Both the position numbers and the translations under genes were made by a program. Below the pieces are notes generated by a model, which made no database searches, was not told the origin of the DNA, and was given only the letters and a program-made list of their open reading frames with translations. Shown here one piece after another: positions 29,601-44,600 of a stretch of 64,000 bases of DNA. Position 1 is the first letter of the stretch. Each line of letters starts with the position of its first letter. Origin of the DNA: Nemertoderma westbladi (lineage: Eukaryota > Animalia > Xenacoelomorpha); the NCBI GenBank assembly GCA_032718475.1, contig JAUCBJ010007601.1, positions 1 to 64,000 on the forward strand, read 5' to 3'.

Positions 29601-32600
29601 ACTGCATCGTCTAATAGCCCTACAGTACTACTACACTCTCTACTGCATCGTCTAATAGGCCTACAGTACTATTACACTCTCTATTGCATCGTCTAATAGC
29701 CCTACAGTACTACTGCACTCTCTATTGCATCGTCTAATAGCCCTACAGTACTACTACACTCTCTATTGCATCGTCTAATAGCCCTACAGTACTACTACAT
29801 TATCTACTGCATCGTCTAATAGCCCTACAGTACTACTACACTCTCTATTGCTTCGTCTAATAGCCCTACAGTACTACTACAGTACATTATCTACTGCATC
29901 GTCTAATAGGCCTACAGTACTACTACATTATCTACTGCATCGTCTAATAGGCCTACAGTACTACTACATTATCTACTGCATCGTCTAATAGGCCTACAGT
30001 ACTACTGCATTATCTACTGCATCGTCTAATAGGCCTACAGTACTACAGCATTATCTACTGCATCGTTTAATAGGCCTAAAGTACTACTACATTATCTACT
30101 GCATCGTCTAATAGCCCTACAGTACTACTACATTATCTACTGCATCGTCTAATAGCCCTACAGTACTACTACACTCTCTACTGCATCGTCTAATAGGCCT
30201 ACAGTACTACTACACTCTATATTGCATCGTCTAATAGCCCTACAGTACTACTACACTCTCTATTGCATCGTCTAATAGCCCTACAGTACTACTACACTCT
30301 CTATTGCATCGTCTAATAGCCCTACAGTACTACTACATTATCTACTGCATCGTCTAATAGCCCTACAGTACTACAACATTATCTACTGCATCGTTTAATA
30401 GCCCTAAAGTACTACTACACTCTCTACTGCATCGTCTAATAGCCCTACAGTACTACTACACTCTCTATTGCATCGTCTAATAGCCCTACAGTACTACTAT
30501 ATTATCTACTGCATCGTCTAATAGCCCTACAGTACTACAACATTATCTACTGCATCGTTTAATAGCCCTAAAGTACTACTACACTCTCTATTGCATCGTC
30601 TAATAGCCCTACAGTACTACTACATTATCTACTACATCGTCTAATAGCCCTACAGTACTACTACACTCTCTATTGCTTCGTCTAATAGCCCTACAGTACT
30701 ACTACACTCTCTACTGCATCGTCTAATAGGCCTAGAGTACTACTACATTATCTACTGCATCGTCTAATAGCCCTACAGTACTACTACACTCTCTATTGCT
30801 TCGTCTAATAGCCCTACAGTACTACTACAGTACATTATCTACTGCATCGTCTAATAGGCCTACAGTACTACTACAGTACATTATCTACTACATCGTCTAA
30901 TAGCCCTACAGTACTACTACACTCTCTATTGCTTCGTCTAATAGCCCTACAGTACTACTACAGTACACTCTCTACTGCATCGTCTAATAGGCCTAGAGTA
31001 CTACTACATTATCTACTGCATCGTCTAATAGCCCTACAGTACTACTACACTCTCTATTGCTTCGTCTAATAGCCCTACAGTACTACTACAGTACATTATC
31101 TACTGCATCGTCTAATAGGCCTACAGTACTACTACATTATCTACTGCGTCGTCTAATAGGCCTACAGTACTACTACATTATCTACTGCATCGTCTAATAG
31201 GCCTACAGTACTACTGCATTATCTACTGCATCGTCTAATAGGCCTACAGTACTACAGCATTATCTACTGCATCGTTTAATAGGCCTAAAGTACTACTACA
31301 TTATCTACTGCATCGTCTAATAGCCATACAGTACTACTACATTATCTACTGCATCGTCTAATAGACCTACAGTACTACTACACTCTCTATTGCATCGCCT
31401 AATAGGCCTACAGCACTACTACATTATCTACTGCATCGTCTAATAGGCCTACAGTACTACAACATTATCTACTGCATCGTTTAATAGGCCTAAAGTACTA
31501 CAACATTATCTACTGCATCGTTTAATAGGCCTAAAGTACTACTACATTATCTACTGCATCGTCTAATAGGCCTACAGTACTACAACATTATCTACTGCAT
31601 CGTCTAATCGGCCTACAGTACTACTACACTCTCTATTGCATCGTCTAATAGCCCTACAGTACTACTACACTCTCTATTGCATCGTCTAATAGGCCTACAG
31701 TACTACTACATTATCTACTGCATCGTCTAATAGGCCTACAGTACTACTACATTATCTACTGCATCGTCTAATAGGCCTACAGTACTACTACACTCTCTAT
31801 TGCATCGTCTAATAGCCCTACAGTACTACTACACTCTCTATTGCATCGTCTAATAGCCCTACAGTACTACTACATTATCTACTGCATCGTCTAATAGCCC
31901 TACAGTACTACGACATTATCTACTGCATCGTCTAATAGCCCTACAGTACTACTATATTATCTACTACATCGTCTAATAGCCCTACAGTACTACTACACTC
32001 TCTATTGCATCGTCTAATAGCCCTACAGTACTACTACACTCTCTATTGCATCGTCTAATAGCCCTACAGTACTACTACACTCTCTATTGCATCGTCTAAT
32101 AGCCCTACAGTACTACTACATTATCTACTGCATCGTCTAATAGCCCTACAGTACTACTACATTATCTACTGCATCGTTTAATAGGCCCAAAGTACTACTA
32201 CATTATCTACTGCATCGTCTAATAGCCCTACAGTACTACTACACTCTCTACTGCATCGTCTAATAGGCCTACAGTACTACTACACTCTCTATTGCATCGT
32301 CTAATAGCCCTACAGTACTACTACATTATCTACTGCATCGTCTAATAGGCCTACAGTACTACTACATTATCTACTGCATCGTCTAATAGCCCTACAGTAC
32401 TACTACACTCTCTACTGCATCGTCTAATAGGCCTACAGTACTACTACACTCTCTATTGCATCGTCTAATAGCCCTACAGTACTACTACACTCTCTATTGC
32501 ATCGTCTAATAGCCCTACAGTACTACTACATTATCTACTGCATCGTCTAATAGCCCTACAGTACTACTACATTATCTACTGCATCGTTTAATAGGCCTAA

Positions 32601-35600
32601 AGTACTACTACATTATCTACTACATCGTCTAATAGCCCTACAGTACTACTACATTATCTACTGCATCGTCTAATAGGCCTACAGTACTACAACATTACCT
32701 ACTGCATCGTCTAATAGGCCTACAGTACTACTACATTATCTACTACATCGTCTAATAGCCCTACAGTACTACTACATTATCTACTGCATCGTCTAATAGG
32801 CCTACAGTACTACAACATTACCTACTGCATCGTCTAATAGCCCTACAGTACTACTACATTATCTACTGCATCGTTTAATAGGCCTAAAGTACTACTACAT
32901 TATCTACTACATCGTCTAATAGCCCTACAGTACTACTACATTATCTACTGCATCGTCTAATAGGCCTACAGTACTACAACATTACCTACTGCATCGTCTA
33001 ATAGGCCTACAGTACTACTACATTATCTACTGCATCGTCTAATAGGCCTACAGTACTACAGCATTATCTACTGCATCGTTTAATAGGCCTAAAGTACTAC
33101 TACATTATCTACTGCATCGTCTAATAGCCATACAGTACTACTACATTATCTACTGCATCGTCTAATAGACCTACAGTACTACTACACTCTCTATTGCATC
33201 GCCTAATAGGCCTACAGCACTACTACATTATCTACTGCATCGTCTAATAGGCCTACAGTACTACAACATTATCTACTGCATCGTTTAATAGGCCTAAAGT
33301 ACTACAACATTATCTACTGCATCGTTTAATAGGCCTAAAGTACTACTACATTATCTACTGCATCGTCTAATAGGCCTACAGTACTACAACATTATCTACT
33401 GCATCGTCTAATCGGCCTACAGTACTACTACACTCTCTATTGCATCGTCTAATAGCCCTACAGTACTACTACACTCTCTATTGCATCGTCCAATAGGCCT
33501 ACAGTACTACTACATTATCTACTGCATCGTCTAATAGGCCTACAGTACTACTACATTATCTACTGCATCGTCTAATAGGCCTACAGTACTACTACACTCT
33601 CTATTGCATCGTCTAATAGCCCTACAGTACTACTACACTCTCTATTGCATCGTCTAATAGCCCTACAGTACTACTACATTATCTACTGCATCGTCTAATA
33701 GCCCTACAGTACTACGACATTATCTACTGCATCGTCTAATAGCCCTACAGTACTACTATATTATCTACTACATCGTCTAATAGCCCTACAGTACTACTAC
33801 ACTCTCTATTGCATCGTCTAATAGCCCTACAGTACTACTACACTCTCTATTGCATCGTCTAATAGCCCTACAGTACTACTACACTCTCTATTGCATCGTC
33901 TAATAGCCCTACAGTACTACTACATTATCTACTGCATCGTCTAATAGCCCTACAGTACTACTACATTATCTACTGCATCGTTTAATAGGCCTAAAGTACT
34001 ACTACATTATCTACTGCATCGTCTAATAGCCCTACAGTACTACTACACTCTCTACTGCATCGTCTAATAGGCCTACAGTACTACTACACTCTCTATTGCA
34101 TCGTCTAATAGCCCTACAGTACTACTACATTATCTACTGCATCGTCTAATAGGCCTACAGTACTACTACATTATCTACTGCATCGTCTAATAGCCCTACA
34201 GTACTACTACACTCTCTACTGCATCGTCTAATAGGCCTACAGTACTACTACACTCTCTATTGCATCGTCTAATAGCCCTACAGTACTACTACACTCTCTA
34301 TTGCATCGTCTAATAGCCCTACAGTACTACTACATTATCTACTGCATCGTCTAATAGCCCTACAGTACTACTACATTATCTACTGCATCGTTTAATAGGC
34401 CTAAAGTACTACTACATTATCTACTACATCGTCTAATAGCCCTACAGTACTACTACATTATCTACTGCATCGTCTAATAGGCCTACAGTACTACAACATT
34501 ACCTACTGCATCGTCTAATAGGCCTACAGTACTACTACATTATCTACTACATCGTCTAATAGCCCTACAGTACTACTACATTATCTACTGCATCGTCTAA
34601 TAGGCCTACAGTACTACAACATTACCTACTGCATCGTCTAATAGGCCTACAGTACTACAACATTATCTACTGCATCGTTTAATAGGCCTAAAGTACTACA
34701 ACATTATCTACTGCATCGTTTAATAGCCCTACAGTACTACTACACTCTCTATTGCATCGTCTAATAGCCCTACAGTACTACTACACTCTCTATTGCATCG
34801 TCTAATAGCCCTACAGTACTACTACATTATCTACTGCATCGTCTAATAGGCCTACAGTACTACTACATTATCTACTGCATCGTCTAATAGCCCTACAGTA
34901 CTACTACACTCTCTACTGCATCGTCTAATAGGCCTACAGTACTACTACACTCTCTATTGCATCGTCTAATAGCCCTACAGTACTACTACACTCTCTATTG
35001 CATCGTCTAATAGCCCTACAGTACTACTATAATATCTATTGCATCGTCTTATAGCCCCACAGTACTACTACACTCTCTATTGCATCGTCTAATAGGCCTA
35101 CAGTACTACTACACTCTCTATTGCATCGTCTAATAGGCCTACAGTACTGCTACACTCTCTACTGCATCGTCTAATAGGCCTACAGTACTACTACACTCTC
35201 TACTGCATCGTCTAATAGGCCTACAGTACTACTACACTCTCTATTGCATCGTCTAATAGCCCTACAGTACTACTACACTCTCTACTGCATCGTCTAATAG
35301 GCCTACAGTACTACTACATTATCTATTGCATCGTCTAATAGGCCTACAGTACTACTACACTCTCTACTGCATCGTCTAATAGGCCTACAGTACTACTACA
35401 CTCTCTACTGCATCGTCTAATAGGCCTACAGTACTACTACACTCTCTATTGCATCGTCTAATAGCCCTACAGTACTACTACACTCTCTACTGCATCGTCT
35501 AATAGCCCTACAGTACTACTACATTATCTACTGCATCGTCTAATAGCCCTACAGTACTACTACATTATCTACTGCATCGTCTAATAGCCCTACAGTACTA

Positions 35601-38600
35601 CTACACTCTCTATTGCATCGTCTAATAGGCCTACAGTACTACTACACTCTCTATTGCATCGTCTAATAGGCCTACAGTACTACTACATTATCTACTGCAT
35701 CGTCTAATAGGCCTACAGTACTACTACATTATCTACTGCATCGTTTAATAGGCCTAAAGTACTACTACATTATCTACTGCATCGTCTAATAGGCCTACAG
35801 TACTACAACATTATCTACTGCATCGTCTAATCGGCCTACAGTACTACTACACTCTCTATTGCATCGTCTAATAGCCCTACAGTACTACTACACTCTCTAT
35901 TGCATCGTCTAATAGGCCTACAGTACTACTACATTATCTACTGCATCGTCTAATAGGCCTACAGTACTACTACATTATCTACTGCATCGTCTAATAGCCC
36001 TACAGTACTACTACACTCTCTATTGCATCGTCTAATAGCCCTACAGTACTACTACACTCTCTATTGCATCGTCTAATAGCCCTACAGTACTACTACATTA
36101 TCTACTGCATCGTCTAATAGCCCTACAGTACTACGACATTATCTACTGCATCGTCTAATAGCCCTACAGTACTACTATATTATCTACTGCATCGTCTAAT
36201 AGCCCTACAGTACTACTACACTCTCTATTGCATCGTCTAATAGCCCTACAGTACTACTACACTCTCTATTGCATCGTCTAATAGCCCTACAGTACTACTA
36301 CACTCTCTATTGCATCGTCTAATAGCCCTACAGTACTACTACATTATCTACTGCATCGTCTAATAGGCCTACAGTACTACTACATTATCTACTGCATCGT
36401 CTAATAGCCCTACAGTACTACTACACTCTCTACTGCATCGTCTAATAGGCCTACAGTACTACTACACTCTCTATTGCATCGTCTAATAGCCCTACAGTAC
36501 TACTACACTCTCTATTGCATCGTCTAATAGCCCTACAGTACTACTACATTATCTACTGCATCGTCTAATAGCCCTACAGTACTACTACATTATCTACTGC
36601 ATCGTTTAATAGGCCTAAAGTACTACTACATTATCTACTACATCGTCTAATAGCCCTACAGTACTACTACATTATCTACTGCATCGTCTAATAGGCCTAC
36701 AGTACTACAACATTACCTACTGCATCGTCTAATAGGCCTACAGTACTACTACATTATCTACTACATCGTCTAATAGCCCTACAGTACTACTACATTATCT
36801 ACTGCATCGTCTAATAGGCCTACAGTACTACAACATTACCTACTGCATCGTCTAATAGGCCTACAGTACTACAACATTATCTACTGCATCGTTTAATAGG
36901 CCTAAAGTACTACAACATTATCTACTGCATCGTTTAATAGCCCTACAGTACTACTACACTCTCTATTGCATCGTCTAATAGCCCTACAGTACTACTACAC
37001 TCTCTATTGCATCGTCTAATAGCCCTACAGTACTACTACATTATCTACTGCATCGTCTAATAGGCCTACAGTACTACTACATTATCTACTGCATCGTCTA
37101 ATAGCCCTACAGTACTACTACACTCTCTACTGCATCGTCTAATAGGCCTACAGTACTACTACACTCTCTATTGCATCGTCTAATAGCCCTACAGTACTAC
37201 TACACTCTCTATTGCATCGTCTAATAGCCCTACAGTACTACTATAATATCTATTGCATCGTCTTATAGCCCCACAGTACTACTACACTCTCTATTGCATC
37301 GTCTAATAGGCCTACAGTACTACTACACTCTCTATTGCATCGTCTAATAGGCCTACAGTACTACTACACTCTCTATTGCATCGTCTAATAGCCCTACAGT
37401 ACTACTACACTCTCTACTGCATCGTCTAATAGCCCTACAGTACTACTACATTATCTACTGCATCGTCTAATAGCCCTACAGTACTACTACATTATCTACT
37501 GCATCGTCTAATAGCCCTACAGTACTACTACACTCTCTACTGCATCGTCTAATAGGCCTACAGTACTACTACACTCTCTATTGCATCGTCTAATAGCCCT
37601 ACAGTACTACTACACTCTCTACTGCATCGTCTAATAGCCCTACAGTACTACTACATTATCTACTGCATCGTCTAATAGGCCTACAGTACTACTACATTAT
37701 CTACTGCATCGTCTAATAGCCCTACAGTACTACTACACTCTCTACTGCATCGTCTAATAGGCCTACAGTACTACTACACTCTCTATTGCATCGTCTAATA
37801 GCCCTACAGTACTACTACACTCTCTATTGCATCGTCTAATAGCCCTACAGTACTACTACATTATCTACTGCATCGTCTAATAGCCCTACAGTACTACTAC
37901 ATTATCTACTGCATCGTTTAATAGGCCTAAAGTACTACTACATTATCTACTACATCGTCTAATAGCCCTACAGTACTACTACATTATCTACTGCATCGTC
38001 TAATAGGCCTACAGTACTACAACATTACCTACTGCATCGTCTAATAGGCCTACAGTACTACTACATTATCTACTACATCGTCTAATAGCCCTACAGTACT
38101 ACTACATTATCTACTGCATCGTCTAATAGGCCTACAGTACTACAACATTACCTACTGCATCGTCTAATAGGCCTACAGTACTACAACATTATCTACTGCA
38201 TCGTTTAATAGGCCTAAAGTACTACAACATTATCTACTGCATCGTTTAATAGCCCTACAGTACTACTACACTCTCTATTGCATCGTCTAATAGCCCTACA
38301 GTACTACTACACTCTCTATTGCATCGTCTAATAGCCCTACAGTACTACTACATTATCTACTGCATCGTCTAATAGGCCTACAGTACTACTACATTATCTA
38401 CTGCATCGTCTAATAGCCCTACAGTACTACTACACTCTCTACTGCATCGTCTAATAGCCCTACAGTACTACTACACTCTCTATTGCATCGTCTAATAGCC
38501 CTACAGTACTACTACACTCTCTATTGCATCGTCTAATAGCCCTACAGTACTACTACATTATCTATTGCATCGTCTTATAGCCCTACAGTACTACTACATT

Positions 38601-41600
38601 ATCTACTGCATCGTCTAATAGGCCTACAGTACTACTACACTCTCTATTGCATCGTCTAATAGCCCTACAGTACTACTACACTCTCTACTGCATCGTCTAA
38701 TAGCCCTACAGTACTACTACACTCTCTACTGCATCGTCTAATAGGCCTACAGTACTACTACACTCTCTATTGCATCGTCTAATAGCCCTACAGTACTACT
38801 ACACTCTCTACTGCATCGTCTAATAGCCCTACAGTACTACTACACTCTCTATTGCATCGTCTAATAGGCCTACAGTACTACTACACTCTCTACTGCATCG
38901 TCTAATAGGCCTACAGTACTACTACACTCTCTATTGCATCGTCTAATAGCGCCTACAGTACTACTACACTATCTACTGCATCGTCTAATAGCCCTACAGT
39001 ACTACTACATTATCTACTGCATCGTCTAATAGGCCTACAGTACTACTACATTATCTACTGCATCGTCTAATAGCCCTACAGTACTACTACACTCTCTACT
39101 GCATCGTCTAATAGGCCTACAGTACTACTACACTCTCTATTGCATCGTCTAATAGCCCTACAGTACTACTACACTCTCTATTGCATCGTCTAATAGCCCT
39201 ACAGTACTACTACATTATCTACTGCATCGTCTAATAGCCCTACAGTACTACTACATTATCTACTGCATCGTTTAATAGGCCTAAAGTACTACTACATTAT
39301 CTACTGCATCGTCTAATAGCCCTACAGTACTACTACATTATCTACTGCATCGTCTAATAGGCCTACAGTACTACTACACTCTCTACTGCATCGTCTAATA
39401 GGCCTACAGTACTACTACATTATCTACTGCATCGTCTAATAGCCCTACAGTACTACTACATTATCTACTGCATCGTCTAATAGGCCTACAGTACTACAAC
39501 ATTACTCTACTGCATCGTCTAATAGGCCTACAGTACTACTACATTATCTACTGCATCGTCTAATAGCCCTAAAGTACTACAACATTATCTACTGCATCGT
39601 TTAATAGCCCTACAGTACTACTACACTCTCTATTGCATCGTCTAATAGCCCTACAGTACTACTACACTCTCTATTGCATCGTCTAATAGCCCTACAGTAC
39701 TACTACATTATCTACTGCATCGTCTAATAGGCCTACAGTACTACTACATTATCTACTGCATCGTCTAATAGCCCTACAGTACTACTACACTCTCTACTGC
39801 ATCGTCTAATAGGCCTACAGTACTACTACACTCTCTATTGCATCGTCTAATAGCCCTACAGTACTACTACACTCTCTATTGCATCGTCTAATAGCCCTAC
39901 AGTACTACTATAATATCTATTGCATCGTCTTATAGCCCCACAGTACTACTACACTCTCTATTGCATCGTCTAATAGGCCTACAGTACTACTACACTCTCT
40001 ATTGCATCGTCTAATAGGCCTACAGTACTACTACACTCTCTACTGCATCGTCTAATAGGCCTACAGTACTACTACACTCTCTACTGCATCGTCTAATAGG
40101 CCTACAGTACTACTACACTCTCTATTGCATCGTCTAATAGCCCTACAGTACTACTACACTCTCTACTGCATCGTCTAATAGGCCTACAGTACTACTACAC
40201 TCTCTATTGCATCGTCTAATAGGCCTACAGTACTACTACACTCTCTACTGCATCGTCTAATAGGCCTACAGTACTACTACACTCTCTACTGCATCGTCTA
40301 ATAGGCCTACAGTACTACTACACTCTCTATTGCATCGTCTAATAGCCCTACAGTACTACTACACTCTCTACTGCATCGTCTAATAGCCCTACAGTACTAC
40401 TACATTATCTACTGCATCGTCTAATAGCCCTACAGTACTACTACATTATCTACTGCATCGTCTAATAGCCCTACAGTACTACTACACTCTCTATTGCATC
40501 GTCTAATAGGCCTACAGTACTACTACACTCTCTACTGCATCGTCTAATAGGCCTACAGTACTACAACATTATCTACTGCATCGTTTAATAGGCCTAAAGT
40601 ACTACAACATTATCTACTGCATCGTTTAATAGGCCTAAAGTACTACTACATTATCTACTGCATCGTCTAATAGGCCTACAGTACTACAACATTATCTACT
40701 GCATCGTCTAATCGGCCTACAGTACTACTACACTCTCTATTGCATCGTCTAATAGCCCTACAGTACTACTACACTCTCTATTGCATCGTCTAATAGGCCT
40801 ACAGTACTACTACATTATCTACTGCATCGTCTAATAGGCCTACAGTACTACTACATTATCTACTGCATCGTCTAATAGGCCTACAGTACTACTACACTCT
40901 CTATTGCATCGTCTAATAGCCCTACAGTACTACTACACTCTCTATTGCATCGTCTAATAGCCCTACAGTACTACTACATTATCTACTGCATCGTCTAATA
41001 GCCCTACAGTACTACGACATTATCTACTGCATCGTCTAATAGCCCTACAGTACTACTATATTATCTACTGCATCGTCTAATAGCCCTACAGTACTACTAC
41101 ACTCTCTATTGCATCGTCTAATAGCCCTACAGTACTACTACACTCTCTATTGCATCGTCTAATAGCCCTACAGTACTACTACACTCTCTATTGCATCGTC
41201 TAATAGCCCTACAGTACTACTACATTATCTACTGCATCGTCTAATAGCCCTACAGTACTACTACATTATCTACTGCATCGTTTAATAGGCCTAAAGTACT
41301 ACTACATTATCTACTGCATCGTCTAATAGCCCTACAGTACTACTACACTCTCTACTGCATCGTCTAATAGGCCTACAGTACTACTACACTCTCTATTGCA
41401 TCGTCTAATAGCCCTACAGTACTACTACATTATCTACTGCATCGTCTAATAGGCCTACAGTACTACTACATTATCTACTGCATCGTCTAATAGCCCTACA
41501 GTACTACTACACTCTCTACTGCATCGTCTAATAGGCCTACAGTACTACTACACTCTCTATTGCATCGTCTAATAGCCCTACAGTACTACTACACTCTCTA

Positions 41601-44600
41601 TTGCATCGTCTAATAGCCCTACAGTACTACTACATTATCTACTGCATCGTCTAATAGCCCTACAGTACTACTACATTATCTACTGCATCGTTTAATAGGC
41701 CTAAAGTACTACTACATTATCTACTACATCGTCTAATAGCCCTACAGTACTACTACATTATCTACTGCATCGTCTAATAGGCCTACAGTACTACAACATT
41801 ACCTACTGCATCGTCTAATAGGCCTACAGTACTACTACATTATCTACTACATCGTCTAATAGCCCTACAGTACTACTACATTATCTACTGCATCGTCTAA
41901 TAGGCCTACAGTACTACAACATTACCTACTGCATCGTCTAATAGGCCTACAGTACTACAACATTATCTACTGCATCGTTTAATAGGCCTAAAGTACTACA
42001 ACATTATCTACTGCATCGTTTAATAGCCCTACAGTACTACTACACTCTCTATTGCATCGTCTAATAGCCCTACAGTACTACTACACTCTCTATTGCATCG
42101 TCTAATAGGCCTACAGTACTACTACATTATCTACTGCATCGTCTAATAGGCCTACAGTACTACTACATTATCTACTGCATCGTCTAATAGGCCTACAGTA
42201 CTACTACATTATCTACTGCATCGTCTAATAGGCCTACAGTACTACTACACTCTCTATTGCATCGTCTAATAGCCCTACAGTACTACTACACTCTCTATTG
42301 CATCGTCTAATAGCCCTACAGTACTACTAAATATCTACTGCATCGTCTTATAGCCCTACAGTACTACTACACTCTCTATTGCATCGTCTAATAGGCCTAC
42401 AGTACTACTACACTCTCTATTGCATCGTCTAATAGGCCTACAGTACTACTACACTCTCTACTGCATCGTCTAATAGGCCTACAGTACTACTACATTACTC
42501 TACTGCATCGTCTAATAGGCCTACAGTACTACTACACTCTCTATTGCATCGTCTAATAGCCCTACAGTACTACTACATTATCTACTGCATCGTCTAATAG
42601 GCCTACAGTACTACTACATTATCTACTGCATCGTCTAATAGGCCTACAGTACTACTACATTATCTACTGCATCGTCTAATAGGCCTACAGTACTACTACA
42701 CTCTCTACTGCATCGTCTAATAGGCCTACAGTACTACTACACTCTCTATTGCATCGTCTAATAGCCCTACAGTACTACTACACTCTCTACTGCATCGTCT
42801 AATAGCCCTACAGTACTACTACATTATCTACTGCATCGTCTAATAGCCCTACAGTACTACTATATTATCTACTGCATCGTCTAATAGCCCTACAGTACTA
42901 CTACACTCTCTATTGCATCGTCTAATAGGCCTACAGTGCTACTACACTCTCTATTGCATCGTCTAATAGGCCTACAGTACTACTACACTCTCTATTGCAT
43001 CGTCTAATAGCCCTAAAGTACTACTACATTATCTACTGCATCGTCTAATAGCCCTACAGTACTACTACACTCTCTACTGCATCGTCTAATAGGCCTACAG
43101 TACTACTACACTCTCTATTGCATCGTCTAATAGCCCTACAGTACTACTACACTCTCTATTGCATCGTCTAATAGCCCTACAGTACTACTACACTCTCTAT
43201 TGCATCGTCTAATAGCCCTACAGTACTACTACATTATCTACTGCATCGTCTAATAGCCCTACAGTACTACTACACTCTCTATTGCTTCGTCTAATAGGCC
43301 TACAGTACTACTACATTATCTACTGCATCGTCTAATAGGCCTACAGTACTACTACATTATCTACTGCATCGTCTAATAGGCCTACAGTACTACTACAGTA
43401 CATTATCTACTGCATCGTCTAATAGGCCTACAGTACTACTACATTATCTACTGCATCGTCTAATAGGCCTACAGTACTACTACATTATATACTGCATCGT
43501 CTAATAGGCCTACAGTACTACTGCATTATCTACTGCATCGTCTAATAGGCCTACAGTACTACAGCATTATCTACTGCATCGTTTAATAGGCCTAAAGTAC
43601 TACTACATTATCTACTGCATCGTCTAATAGCCCTACAGTACTACTACATTATCTACTGCATCGTCTAATAGCCCTACAGTACTACTACATTATCTACTGC
43701 ATCGTCTAATCGGCCTACAGTACTACTACACTATCTATTGCATCGTCTAATAGGCCTACAGTACTACTGCATTATCTACTGCATCGTCTAATAGGCCTAC
43801 AGTACTACAGCATTATCTACTGCATCGTTTAATAGGCCTAAAGTACTACTACATTATCTACTGCATCGTCTAATAGCCATACAGTACTACTACATTATCT
43901 ACTGCATCGTCTAATAGACCTACAGTACTACTACACTCTCTATTGCATCGCCTAATAGGCCTACAGCACTACTACATTATCTACTGCATCGTCTAATAGG
44001 CCTACAGTACTACAACATTATCTACTGCATCGTTTAATAGGCCTAAAGTACTACAACATTATCTACTGCATCGTTTAATAGGCCTAAAGTACTACAACAT
44101 TATCTACTGCATCGTTTAATAGGCCTAAAGTACTACTACATTATCTACTGCATCTTCTAATAGCCCTACAGTACTACTACACTCTCTATTGCATCGTTTA
44201 ATAGGCCTAAAGTACTACTACATTATCTACTGCATCGTCTAATAGGCCTACAGTACTACAACATTATCTACTGCATCGTCTAATAGGCCTACAGTACTAC
44301 AGCATTATCTACTGCATCGTTTAATAGGCCTAAAGTACTACTACACTCTCTATTGCATCGTCTAATAGCCCTACAGTACTACTACACTCTCTATTGCATC
44401 GTTTAATAGGCCTAAAGTACTACAACATTATCTACTGCATCGTTTAATAGGCCTAAAGTACTACTACATTATCTACTGCATCGTCTAATAGGCCTACAGT
44501 ACTACAAAATTATCTACTGCATCGTTTAATAGGCCTAAAGTACTACAACATTATCTACTGCATCGTTTAATAGGCCTACAGTACTACTACACTCTCTATT

